57,125 nucleotides of DNA, from assembly GCA_036786905.1 (NCBI GenBank), contig DAIQQE010000001.1, positions 11,110 through 68,234 on the forward strand, read 5' to 3'. Within the stretch, counting starts at the first letter, position 1. Each line of letters starts with the position of its first letter. The notes under the pieces were generated by a model. That model was not told the DNA's origin and made no database searches. It worked only from the letters and a program-made list of their open reading frames with translations. The stretch comes from Candidatus Nezhaarchaeales archaeon. GTDB lineage: Archaea; Thermoproteota; Methanomethylicia; Nezhaarchaeales; WYZ-LMO8. This document shows positions 25,598 through 34,239 of the stretch, piece by piece. The position numbers and the translations under genes are program-made.

Positions 25598-26456
25598 GGA
25601 GAGAAGGGAGGTCGTCCTATACCCCGGTTGCGTCTCCCTCAATAAGTACCCTGGGATCGTAAAGTCGTCGATCGAGTTGTTAAAGCTCCTCAACGTGAAC
25701 GTCAAGCTCCCAACTAACATGCTGTGCTGCTCGCGCCCTCTCGAGAGGATAGGGATTATAGGGGAAGAACACACGAATGCGCTCGCCTACTTTAACATAG
25801 CCAAGCTCATGGGCAACCCGGACGAGGTCGTGGTGGTGTGCAATGGTTGCTACCTAGCTTTTCGTAGGGCGCTTGAGGGCGACGATTTAAAGAGGGACCT
25901 AAGTGTCAGGGCCAAGTGCTACCACGTGGCCGAGATTCTGTGGCACAACAGGCGCGAGCTAGCCGAGAGGGCGAGGGTTGGGCTCGACAAGTTGAAGGTG
26001 GCGATCCACGTGGGCTGCCACTATCTCTTCTACCCTCACGGCGACGTCATCAGAGGAGAGGAGGGGGAGGACATTTTAGAGGACATAGCCCTCGCACTTA
26101 ACGCGAGCGTAGTTGACTACGAGGAGAGGCGGACCTGTTGCGGAGGGACTATCGTCAAGTGGTTCAGAGAAGTCGCTTCCTCAATACCTAAGAGGAAGTT
26201 AGAGAGCGTCATGGAAAGCGGGGCCAACGTCATCTTGACAATGTGCCCCTACTGCTTGAGGACCTTCAACAGAGTCCAGCAGAGGCTCAAGAAGCTTAAG
26301 AAGATTGAGAGGGTCGTGCCGACGCTCCACGTCTCCCAGCTCGTCGCAATAGCCTTGGGCTTGGACCCCCTGAGGGTCGCTGGGCTCCACCTGCAAATGC
26401 CGGCCCAAGAGCTTGAGGCCCTGCGCAGCCTCTTGACTTCTCAATCTCCGCCTTGA
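25584..26456 (+). CDS. hdrB: Heterodisulfide reductase subunit B (two CCG-type domains)
   Basis: The first Cys set is YPGC...LCCS...CNGC. The second is HVGC...TCCGG...MCPYC. 290 aa. Confidence 0.85.
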   Translation: MRGSEERREVVLYPGCVSLNKYPGIVKSSIELLKLLNVNVKLPTNMLCCSRPLERIGIIGEEHTNALAYFNIAKLMGNPDEVVVVCNGCYLAFRRALEGDDLKRDLSVRAKCYHVAEILWHNRRELAERARVGLDKLKVAIHVGCHYLFYPHGDVIRGEEGEDILEDIALALNASVVDYEERRTCCGGTIVKWFREVASSIPKRKLESVMESGANVILTMCPYCLRTFNRVQQRLKKLKKIERVVPTLHVSQLVAIALGLDPLRVAGLHLQMPAQELEALRSLLTSQSPP

Positions 26457-27514
26457 CGTTGACCCTCGACCTCGGGCTGGAGAAGCGAGGCCAAGGCTAT
26501 TATGGCGCTCGAGGCGGCGAAGTCGGTCGCTATCGTGACGCCCGGGCAGAGGTCGACGACCGCGGAGGCGAACCTGAAGACGCCCTTTGGTATGCCCTCC
26601 CTCGAGCCCACTAGGACGTTGACCCTCTTGCCGCTTAGCAAGAGCGACCTAAGCTTGTCGCTTATCGAGCCCACGTAGTCCCCCTCGGGCTCGAACACTA
26701 TTATCACCTCACCAGACCTCTCTCTAACCAGCTGGAAGAGGTCTTGGACCACAACGGGGACCTTGTAGACCTCTCTGCCGTAGACCCTGCGCTGGATTTC
26801 GTACCTAGTCCTTATGCCCTCGTAAACCCCGTCTATGAAGTCCTTAAGTTGCTTGGCATCGACCGGCCCCGTGATGGCTATGACTAGTTCGCCGACTTCG
26901 AATGTCTGCACGGCCCTACCTATCCTCACCCCCATGGTCTTAGAGGCCTCTTCGTCTCCTAGATACGGCAATTGAACGACGGACATCCTCCTTAGAACTC
27001 TGAGGATCGGCCTCTTTTGAGGGGTCAGCTTCTTGTACTCCTCGCTCCCGGGGTACAAGGCTACGTAAGCTCTGTCGCCTATTATCTCTATGGCCACGAC
27101 TTTGTCAGGCCTGTCTAAGTTTACTGTGGCTCCGCTTGCCTCCTTGATCAAGGCGCCCACGGCTACGTTTACGTCAATGCTGGTGAAGCTGTGCCTCCCG
27201 CGCCTCGTGGTCCTGACGGCGAAGGTCTCGTCAGGTCCTATGAGGCCCTTGACCGCCTCAGCGGCAGCAGAGGCTATCTCCCTCAAGTCGGCCCTGCACT
27301 CAGCTATGGACTTGACGGCCCTCTCCGCCTCGACCACCTCTTCATTTATCTTCTTCAATAGCTCGTCCTCATTCGGCCCTTCGACCAAGACGAGGCCTGC
27401 AAATCCCTGGGGGGAGACTTGGACCTTGGCCTCTGGACAGAGCTCCTTTATCCTAGCCGCCGCCACCTTCTCCATGCCCAGCAGGGTCTTGACCACTATC
27501 ACGCTTACCGCCAA
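26441..27514 (-). CDS. THUMP-domain protein fused to a SPOUT-like C-terminal domain (predicted RNA methyltransferase)
   Basis: The N-terminal half resembles THUMP (IVVKTLLGMEKVAAARIKEL...AVRTTRRGRHSFTSIDVNVAVG). The C-terminus VNVLVGSREGIPKGVFRFASAVVDLCPGVTIATDFAASSAIIALASLL resembles a SPOUT knot region. The call is by eye only. Confidence 0.5.
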   Translation of the reverse strand: MAVSVIVVKTLLGMEKVAAARIKELCPEAKVQVSPQGFAGLVLVEGPNEDELLKKINEEVVEAERAVKSIAECRADLREIASAAAEAVKGLIGPDETFAVRTTRRGRHSFTSIDVNVAVGALIKEASGATVNLDRPDKVVAIEIIGDRAYVALYPGSEEYKKLTPQKRPILRVLRRMSVVQLPYLGDEEASKTMGVRIGRAVQTFEVGELVIAITGPVDAKQLKDFIDGVYEGIRTRYEIQRRVYGREVYKVPVVVQDLFQLVRERSGEVIIVFEPEGDYVGSISDKLRSLLLSGKRVNVLVGSREGIPKGVFRFASAVVDLCPGVTIATDFAASSAIIALASLLQPEVEGQRQGGD

Positions 27515-27658
27515 ACCTTATAGCTCAGAAGCCTAGATGTCTTTATCGGGCTGTGAGCTGGCATGCCGCACCTGATGAGTGATGATGCCTTCAAAACGCG
27601 AGCCCGCCTCTCGCTCAACTGAGCTAAGCCAGGCGCGTAGCGCTGGACGTTGCACTCA

Positions 27659-28723
27659 TCATATCAAAGAAAGCCACCTGCTTCCTCCTCTTTGAAGGGT
27701 CCCCACCACGTTTATCCTCTCACCACACTTCGGGCAAGAATTGTCAGCCGTGAGCCTCCACCTTAGTATGTCGAAGGAGAAACGCTCTATCAGGACCTCC
27801 TTGCACCTAGGGCAGTACGTGTGCTCCAGCCTGTGTCCCGGGACGTTGCCTATGTAGACGTACCTAAGCCCGACTTCCATGGCTACTTCGGCAGCCTTCT
27901 CGAGGGTCGAGACGGACGTCGAGGCCACTTCGTAGAACTGGTAGTCTGGGTGGAACCTCAACACGTGGAAGGGAGTGTCCTTGCCCAATATCTCGGCTAT
28001 CCTCGACGCTAGCTCTCTGAGCCTCTGAAGGTCGTCCCCGTACTTCGGGACGATGAGGTTCGTGATCTCGACGAATATGCCGCATCCCTTCATCTCCTTC
28101 AGCGTCTCGAATATTGGCTCGGGATCCGGGACCGACATGAGCTCCCTGTAGAACTTGGGATCTCCAGAGCCCTTGAAGTCCACAGTGGCGGCGCTCAAGT
28201 AGGGGCTTATGGCCTTGACGGCCTCGGGGGTCATGTAGCCGTTGGTCACGAAGGTGTTGAAGAGCCCCCTCTCCTTGGCCAGCCTCGCAGTGTCGTACGC
28301 GTACTCGAAGAATATCGTGGGCTCGGTGTACGTGTAGCTTATGCCGTGGCAACCGTACTTCAGGGACGCCGAGACCACCTTCTCGGGCGGGAAATCGAAC
28401 CCCTCGATCTCCCTGCTCTGACTTATGACCCAGTTGTCGCAGAACTTGCACCTGAAGTTGCAGCCGACGGTCGCTATGCTCATCACCGCCGACCCGGGGT
28501 AGTAGTGGAAGAGGGGCTTCTTCTCTATCGGGTCGACGTTTGCTGCTATGGCCTTCCCATAGACCAAGCTGTAGAGGACCCCGTCGACGTTCTTCCTGAC
28601 CCCGCAAAAGCCTGCGGAGCCCTTAGGTATTCGGCACCTCCTGTGGCACAGGTTGCACTCGACGCTCCCGTCTGGGAGCTGGGAGTACAGCATTGCTTCC
28701 TTCAATTGCGGCTTCCCCAGCAC
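27659..28723 (-). CDS. amrS: AmmeMemoRadiSam-system radical SAM enzyme (PflA-like activase family)
   Basis: The N-terminal motif is CNLCHRRCRIPKGSAGFCGVR, the radical SAM motif is CNFRCKFCDNW, and the C-terminal Zn ribbon is CPRC...CPKCG. 354 aa. Confidence 0.75.
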   Translation of the reverse strand: MLGKPQLKEAMLYSQLPDGSVECNLCHRRCRIPKGSAGFCGVRKNVDGVLYSLVYGKAIAANVDPIEKKPLFHYYPGSAVMSIATVGCNFRCKFCDNWVISQSREIEGFDFPPEKVVSASLKYGCHGISYTYTEPTIFFEYAYDTARLAKERGLFNTFVTNGYMTPEAVKAISPYLSAATVDFKGSGDPKFYRELMSVPDPEPIFETLKEMKGCGIFVEITNLIVPKYGDDLQRLRELASRIAEILGKDTPFHVLRFHPDYQFYEVASTSVSTLEKAAEVAMEVGLRYVYIGNVPGHRLEHTYCPRCKEVLIERFSFDILRWRLTADNSCPKCGERINVVGTLQRGGSRWLSLI

Positions 28724-28795
28724 TTCTTAGTCAGTGCTCGATCTCAAACCTGTCGCCGTCGTGAGTGACGAAGGTTTTGGAGAGAGCGAAGCAAC

Positions 28796-30394
28796 TCAGG
28801 GCTTCGTGGCGGTCTTTACAGCGACTGTCGGCTCTCTCCTGCTTCTCGGGAAGCCCCCATACTTCTCCCTCAGCTCTCTGTACAGGACCTTCCACCCACT
28901 CATCTTCGGTAGGCTCTCGAGGAATATCACGTACCTGGGCACTTTGTAGCCAGCCATCCTCTCCTTGCAAAATTCTATGATCTCCTCGGGCGTGGCGTGC
29001 GTCCCCGGCTTCAAAACTATGGCGGCTGCTGGGACCTCTCCTCTCCTCTCATCGTACTTGGCGAAGACAGCGGCCTCAGCGACCTTGGGGTGCTTCAGCA
29101 AGACGTTCTCTACCTCTGCTGGATATATCTTCCAGCCAGACATTATTATAACGTCCTTCTTCCTAGCGGTTATGTGGAGGACTCCGCCCTCGTCCAAGTA
29201 GCCCAAGTCACCCGTCAAGAACCAGCCGTCGGGCAAGAAGGCCTTCGCGGTCTCTTCGGGGTTCCTCCAATAGCCCTTGGCCACGCCAGGTCCTCTGAGG
29301 GCTATCTCGCCGACCTCCTCCGGCCCCAGCTCCTTCGATGGGTCTTGGGGGTCGACTATCTTCACCTCGCAGTAGCCCACGGGCGCTCCGACGCTCCTGT
29401 ACCCCTTCGACAGGTGCTGGAAGGAGACCGGGACCGCCGTGGCCGTGCCGACGACTATGGTCTCGCTGAGACCGTAGGCATTGACGACCTCTATGTGGGG
29501 GTACCTCTCGACAAACCTCCTCCAAGTCTCCTCCGGAGTCGCCGCGCCGCCAGTTATTATGCACCTAGCGCTTCTCAACATCTCCTCAGAGCCCGGAGGC
29601 GCATGGACCAGAGAGTAGAGGACGGGGGGCATCCCCGAGAGGACCGTGGCCTTATAGCCGCTCGCCAGCTTCAGGTACTCCTCGAGGTTGAAGCGCTCCA
29701 TGATCACGAATGTGGCCCCGTACCTCAGGGCCGTTACCCCCCAGCTGACTCCCACGTGGAAGTGCGGGTATATCCCCAAGTACACGTCGCTCTCGGTGAG
29801 CTTCAGGACCCACCTCTCGGCCTCAACCGCGGCCATCCAGTTGCCGTGCGTCAACATGGCCCCCTTGGGCCTGCCAGTGGTGCCCGATGTATACTGTATC
29901 TGGCAGACGTCATCGAGCGAGCAGTTCTCGGGACGGCACCTCGACGAGGGGGCCTCCAGTAACTCCCTCAAATCAATGGCCCCCTCGACCCCTTCGAGCG
30001 ATACCACGGCCACCTTGCTCAAGTCGGCCTCAACTTTCGGCAAGACGTTTCGGCAGACGTCGTCTAGTGCTATCACGACCTTCGGCTCGGAGTCCCTTAT
30101 TATGCTGGTCAGCTCCTCGGACTTGAAGTCCGGGTTGACGGGGACGGCTATCGCTCCTATCCTCCAAATAGCGAAGTAGCTCATTATCGTCTCGGGTCTG
30201 TTGCCAGTGCACACCATGACCCTATCGCCCTTCCCAACGCCTAACCTCTTCAGGCCATTGGCTAGGGAGCAGACCCTCTCTAGCAGCTCCTTGTACGATA
30301 TCACTTGCCTGCCCTTCGGATGCACTATCGCTTGCTTGTCGCCGTAGTATATGGCATTTGAGTCGAGAAATGAGGTGAAGTTCAAGGGCCTCAC
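28796..30394 (-). CDS. AMP-forming acyl-CoA synthetase (medium/short-chain fatty-acid CoA ligase family)
   Basis: The AMP-binding motif is YTSGTTGRPKGA, with GYWRNPEET and TGDLGYLDEGG also present. The track ORF extends to 30526. However, GTG 30394 overlaps the symporter stop as GTGA, and the first conserved residues (LNFTSFLDSNAIYYGDKQA) follow it. Confidence 0.85.
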   Translation of the reverse strand: MRPLNFTSFLDSNAIYYGDKQAIVHPKGRQVISYKELLERVCSLANGLKRLGVGKGDRVMVCTGNRPETIMSYFAIWRIGAIAVPVNPDFKSEELTSIIRDSEPKVVIALDDVCRNVLPKVEADLSKVAVVSLEGVEGAIDLRELLEAPSSRCRPENCSLDDVCQIQYTSGTTGRPKGAMLTHGNWMAAVEAERWVLKLTESDVYLGIYPHFHVGVSWGVTALRYGATFVIMERFNLEEYLKLASGYKATVLSGMPPVLYSLVHAPPGSEEMLRSARCIITGGAATPEETWRRFVERYPHIEVVNAYGLSETIVVGTATAVPVSFQHLSKGYRSVGAPVGYCEVKIVDPQDPSKELGPEEVGEIALRGPGVAKGYWRNPEETAKAFLPDGWFLTGDLGYLDEGGVLHITARKKDVIIMSGWKIYPAEVENVLLKHPKVAEAAVFAKYDERRGEVPAAAIVLKPGTHATPEEIIEFCKERMAGYKVPRYVIFLESLPKMSGWKVLYRELREKYGGFPRSRREPTVAVKTATKP

Positions 30395-31905
30395 CTCAAG
30401 ATCTCGAGGACCTCGCGCGGGGGCTTCTTCGTGAAGATGCTGACGAGGAAGAATGTCGGAAGAGCGACTAGTAGGGCTGGGATGACGGCGTGCACGTTCG
30501 TTGCCTTGTAGAGGAGCACGTGCCACGTCAGGCCCACCGCGAGCCCCGATACCATCGAAGCTATGGCCCCAGCCCTCGTGGCGCCCCTCCAGTAGAGCCC
30601 TACGGTCACTGGGCCCAGGAAGCAGACGAATATCGTGCCGAAGGCCGCGGCGACTATCTCGACTATTATCCCCGTCTGAACCAACGTCAGCAACAGCGAT
30701 ATCATCGCGAAGGCTATCGGCGAGGCCCTGGCCAACAACATGAGGGCCCTCTCGCTAATGCCCGGCTTGACTAGCTGGACCACGTCCCTCGTAAGGGCCG
30801 CCGAGAGCACTAGGAGGATCACCGCCAGAGTCGACATCGAAGCGGCCACGGGCGCCGCCAGTATCAGGCCCCTAAGGCCTGGGGGGGCCAGCATGTCCAC
30901 GGTCTTGGGGATGACCCAGTCGGTGTCCCTCATCAGCTTGGCGACCTCGCCTCGCGGCAAGTTCGGGTCCAAGATCAGGTGGCAGAAAGCCCCCAACGAG
31001 AAGACGGCCATGGCGTAAGCCGCCACCAAGACGGGCCCTAATATCCTCCCCTGGCTTATCGCCCTCTCGTTCTTGGCAGCGTAGAACTGCATCAGCAGGC
31101 TGGGCAAGGCGATCTGCGCCATGCTTATTGAGAAGGTTATGCCCATTATCAATTGCGGGACCGCACCTACTTTCATGGCCGGGGGCGGGCCAGCACCGTC
31201 GAACTTGAGCCACATCTCCCCGCTAATCCCATTTATCGTCATGGACCGGAGCTCCTCGATCCCTTTGACGGGACCGCCTACGGCTGCCATTACGAGCCCG
31301 AATGTTAGGAACGCCGCCAACAACATCAGGGAGCCGAGTATCAAGTTGTTGAGAGCCGCGGCCCTGAGCCCTCCTAGGGCTACGTAGACCAGCACCGGGA
31401 TCGTGAGCGCTAGCAGGCCTATCTCGAAGCCAGTGTTGAACACTGTAGCGATCACTATTGCCCCTCCCTTGTAGACGCTCGTGAGGTACAACGTGAACAA
31501 GAACATCATGACCGCCGCCGCGACGGCCTTCGCCGCCTTGCTCTGGTACCTGTGCTCTATGAAGTCAGGCACGCTCATTATGTTCGCCTTGGAAGCGTAC
31601 TTGAAGAGCCTCTCAGCTACTAAGACCCACATCAGCACCACTCCTATCACGTGCCATGCAGTGAGCCAAGCCCCGAAGCCTAGGTTGAAGAGGTACGTAG
31701 CGCCGCCTCCTCCAAGAAACGAGGCAGCGCTGAAGTACGTGGCCATTAACGAGAAGGCCAGAGTCACGGCGCCTAGCTCCTTGTTGGCCAAGAAGAAGCC
31801 GGTCATCGATTTGCTGAGGCCATAGCCTCGAAGTCCTATTAACATAACCATCGCTAGCACGGCTACTATTATGGAGACATCGAGGAGGTTGAAGGTCAAC
31901 ATCAC
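30391..31905 (-). CDS. Sodium:solute symporter (SSS) family transporter
   Basis: 504 aa with about 13 hydrophobic helices. SSS-like patterns include FFLANKELGAVTLAFSLMATYFSAASFLGGGG. The start is GTG-ATG at 31905. Confidence 0.8.
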   Translation of the reverse strand: MMLTFNLLDVSIIVAVLAMVMLIGLRGYGLSKSMTGFFLANKELGAVTLAFSLMATYFSAASFLGGGGATYLFNLGFGAWLTAWHVIGVVLMWVLVAERLFKYASKANIMSVPDFIEHRYQSKAAKAVAAAVMMFLFTLYLTSVYKGGAIVIATVFNTGFEIGLLALTIPVLVYVALGGLRAAALNNLILGSLMLLAAFLTFGLVMAAVGGPVKGIEELRSMTINGISGEMWLKFDGAGPPPAMKVGAVPQLIMGITFSISMAQIALPSLLMQFYAAKNERAISQGRILGPVLVAAYAMAVFSLGAFCHLILDPNLPRGEVAKLMRDTDWVIPKTVDMLAPPGLRGLILAAPVAASMSTLAVILLVLSAALTRDVVQLVKPGISERALMLLARASPIAFAMISLLLTLVQTGIIVEIVAAAFGTIFVCFLGPVTVGLYWRGATRAGAIASMVSGLAVGLTWHVLLYKATNVHAVIPALLVALPTFFLVSIFTKKPPREVLEILR

Positions 31906-32006
31906 CTGTCCCTCCTCGCCTTATAAGCGCCGTAGAGCACTCCTATCACCAGTACCACGATCGAGACCACGTAGCCTGCCACGATCAGCGGATCTATCTC
32001 CATCAT
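31902..32006 (-). CDS. Unannotated 34-aa single-pass membrane peptide, translationally coupled to the symporter
   Basis: My translation is MMEIDPLIVAGYVVSIVVLVIGVLYGAYKARRDR, followed by a stop. Its TGA overlaps the symporter GTG/ATG start. An A/T-rich promoter-like stretch (gttttaaaaaattc on the minus strand) lies 34-47 nt upstream. It is below the ORF-track length cutoff. Confidence 0.5.
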   Translation of the reverse strand: MMEIDPLIVAGYVVSIVVLVIGVLYGAYKARRDR

Positions 32007-32122
32007 GTAGGTCAACTCTGCCTAGAAAGCAGCACTTATGAATTTTTTAAAACTTTTCTGTACACTTGTATACATTGACGAAAAGCAATATTAACTTGCC
32101 GAGTGGAGGAGATATACGTGGA

Positions 32123-32941
32123 ATGAGGCTCTGCGACGTACCTCGCACCAGCGAATACAAGGTCAAGGCCGAGGAGCCCCTAGCGGCGGCCATGAGCGCT
32201 CTGTCGAGGGGTTATACGGTCCTGCTGGTCGTCGACGAAGACGATAGGCTTCGAGGCCTCGTCACCGCCTCGAGGGTTTTGAGCTTGCTCCAGACCCTCA
32301 CTCTAAACTCAAAGATGGTCAATCAACCAGTGGGCCTCTTCGTCAGCGAGAGAGCGATAACGGTGCACTACGAGTACCCCGTAGAGGTCGCGCTACAGCT
32401 GATGGTTGAAGAGGGGAAGTGCCACGTAGCCCTCGTGGACGGGCTTAGGGCCGTCGGCTTACTGACGCACAGATGCCTATTGAGGTCTCTCTCGGGCCTG
32501 AGGCTCGACCTAGACTTAAAGAGGCTCGTTATGAAAGACCTTGTCCCGCTCTTAGCGCACAACAGCCTAGCGGAAGCCTACAGAGCCATGACGGAGATGG
32601 ACTATTACGAGGTCCCCGTTGTGGAGGAGGAGGTCGTGGGGGTGGTCAGGCTTCGCGACGTCATCGGCGAGGTCGCCACTAGAGGCTTCGAAGGCCTCAA
32701 GTTCGTCAAGGTGTACAGCAAGTGCAAGCTAGTAGAGCGCGGGGCTCGGAGGTTCGAGGAGGCATTGGAGTTGGCTTTCAAGGAAGACCTCAACCTAGTG
32801 CCCGTGGCAAAGGACGACGGCTCATACGGCTTCGTAAGGCTCGAGGACATATTTCTACAGCTCGTGAGAGAGCTAGGGGCCTTCAGGGTAGCTGAGTTGA
32901 TGAGCCAGCGCTCCATCGCCCAAAGCGCCCGCGGAGCGTGA
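32123..32941 (+). CDS. CBS-domain protein (two CBS pairs)
   Basis: The CBS-like pattern repeats (VLLVVDEDDRLRGLVTASRVL; CHVALVDGLRAVGLLTHRCLL; YEVPVVEEEVVGVVRLRDVI; NLVPVAKDDGSYGFVRLEDIF). The ORF is open from TTG 32066, and ATG 32123 is preferred. Confidence 0.65.
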   Translation: MRLCDVPRTSEYKVKAEEPLAAAMSALSRGYTVLLVVDEDDRLRGLVTASRVLSLLQTLTLNSKMVNQPVGLFVSERAITVHYEYPVEVALQLMVEEGKCHVALVDGLRAVGLLTHRCLLRSLSGLRLDLDLKRLVMKDLVPLLAHNSLAEAYRAMTEMDYYEVPVVEEEVVGVVRLRDVIGEVATRGFEGLKFVKVYSKCKLVERGARRFEEALELAFKEDLNLVPVAKDDGSYGFVRLEDIFLQLVRELGAFRVAELMSQRSIAQSARGA

Positions 32942-33516
32942 ACTTGTTGGCAATGGGGGGCAAGGTGAGGGTGCTCCTCCAGCCCCTCGAGCCAGTAGAT
33001 GGCGAAGTTGTCTACGAGGTCTCCTCGAGGCTCAGCGAGCTGTTAAAGGTCTTTCAGTTCTCCGTCTCTCGCAGGCGCCTAGAGGTGCCCCACCACGCCT
33101 TCAACGAGGGCAGAGGACAGTACAACTCCTCGGCCATCCTAGACGAGCTAATGAGGTTGTACGAGAGGGGCTTTTTCGGCGATTGCCAGAGGGTCGTGGG
33201 AATAGCTGACGTAGACGCGTACGTGCTCGGGCTGAACTTCGTCTTCGGTGAGGCGTTGCTGGAAGGGCCCGTCGCGATGGTCTACCTCGCCAGGCTTAGG
33301 CCAGAGTTCTACGGCAAGGCCCCGAACCGAGGGCTCCTCGTGGAGAGGGCGTGCAAGGAAGTGACCCACGAGCTCGGGCATACCTTCGGGCTGAGGCACT
33401 GCTCCGACTCTAAGTGCGTGATGCACTTCAGCAACACCATCTTCGACACGGACTTCAAGGACGTGCTATACTGCTTGAGGTGTCAGTCGGCCTTAATGCG
33501 AGCCCTCACGATCTGA
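32938..33516 (+). CDS. amzA: Archaemetzincin (zinc metallopeptidase)
   Basis: The signature HELGHTFGLRHCSDSKCVMHFS...CLRC is present (HExxHxxGxxxCxxxxCxM...CxxC). GTG 32938 overlaps the CBS gene stop, and ATG 32953 is an alternative start. Confidence 0.85.
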   Translation: MNLLAMGGKVRVLLQPLEPVDGEVVYEVSSRLSELLKVFQFSVSRRRLEVPHHAFNEGRGQYNSSAILDELMRLYERGFFGDCQRVVGIADVDAYVLGLNFVFGEALLEGPVAMVYLARLRPEFYGKAPNRGLLVERACKEVTHELGHTFGLRHCSDSKCVMHFSNTIFDTDFKDVLYCLRCQSALMRALTI

Positions 33517-33561
33517 AAGTCAAGCTTAATAGCTCGTGGCAAAGCTCAATACGTAGGAGTT

Positions 33562-34239
33562 ATGGGCTTGTACATACCCTCCAAGGCCTACTTAGAGGTC
33601 GTGGTGGACTCGAGAGAGGCCTTGACTGCGAAGCACGTGGTCGACGAGTTGAAGAAGTTAGGCGTGAGCGCGCGCGTTGAGTTCTTGGAGGTCGGGGACT
33701 ACGTGGTCTCGAGGGACGTCGCGGTCGAGCGGAAGACCGTGGGCGACTTCGTCTCGACGTTGACGAGGAGGAACATATTCGAGCAACTGGACAAGCTGAA
33801 GAGCGTGTTCAGCAAGCCCTTGCTGATACTGGAGGGCGACATAAGCTCCATCCCAATGATGAGCTCTATAAGCATGAGTGCCGTCCTCGGCGCCCTTGCC
33901 TCTATAGCCAGAATGGGGGTATCAGTGCTCCCGTCGCCATCGCCTTCCGCGACCGCTAGGCTGATAGCGTCGCTGGCTAAACAGGAGAGGAAGACCTATC
34001 AGCAGACGAGGGTCAGGGTCAAGCCTCCTAAGATGGAGGACATAAGCGAGGAGCAAATTTTCTTCATGTGCGGCCTGCCCATGATAGGGAGGGAGAGGGC
34101 CGAGGCCATACTCAGGGTCTACAGGACGCCCATCGAGGCCTTGAAGAGGGTCGACGGCTGGTCTAAGATGGTCGACGGCATTGGGGAGACAATAGTCAAG
34201 AGGGTCAAGGAGGTCTTGGAGACCCCCTTTAAGCGATGA
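33562..34239 (+). CDS. xpf: Short (crenarchaeal-type) XPF/ERCC4 structure-specific endonuclease with a C-terminal (HhH)2
   Basis: The ERCC4 motif is GDYVVSRDVAVERKTVGDF, preceded by VVDSRE. The C-terminal helix-hairpin-helix region is LPMIGRERAEAIL...VDGIGETIVKRV. 225 aa with no helicase domain. Confidence 0.8.
   Translation: MGLYIPSKAYLEVVVDSREALTAKHVVDELKKLGVSARVEFLEVGDYVVSRDVAVERKTVGDFVSTLTRRNIFEQLDKLKSVFSKPLLILEGDISSIPMMSSISMSAVLGALASIARMGVSVLPSPSPSATARLIASLAKQERKTYQQTRVRVKPPKMEDISEEQIFFMCGLPMIGRERAEAILRVYRTPIEALKRVDGWSKMVDGIGETIVKRVKEVLETPFKR

Noticed and set aside
25584-26456. The first CCG motif of HdrB reads CCS instead of CCG, which raised the possibility of a degenerate cluster site.
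   Set aside because: All five cysteines of the first set (C...CC...CxxC) are present. Only the flanking Gly is replaced, so there is no evidence for loss of the non-cubane cluster.
27572-27622. Possible C/D-box sRNA on the plus strand in the 144-bp spacer: CTGATGA/GTGATGA at 27572..27585 and CTGA at 27619..27622.
   Set aside because: There are no recognisable internal D'/C' boxes and no terminal stem. The spacing from the better C box to the D box is only 44 nt. This is insufficient for a call without a covariance or target search.
28997-29962. 321-aa antisense ORF inside the acyl-CoA synthetase gene. Many similar 60-250-aa antisense or off-frame ORFs in the track fall in the same class (e.g. 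602..1234, 2942..3508, 23818..24561, 27864..28607, 43375..44046, 50377..51093, 54638..55525).
   Set aside because: All are R/P/G/A-rich and lack motifs. All are fully nested in genes with strong family signatures. This is the expected absence of stop codons in a high-GC genome.
30395-30526. N-terminal 44-codon extension of the acyl-CoA synthetase ORF (MARAPLQGNERARRHPSP...).
   Set aside because: It overlaps the 3' end of the symporter gene by 136 bp and is R/P/S-rich. GTG 30394 forms a GTGA start/stop overlap and immediately precedes the conserved N-terminus.
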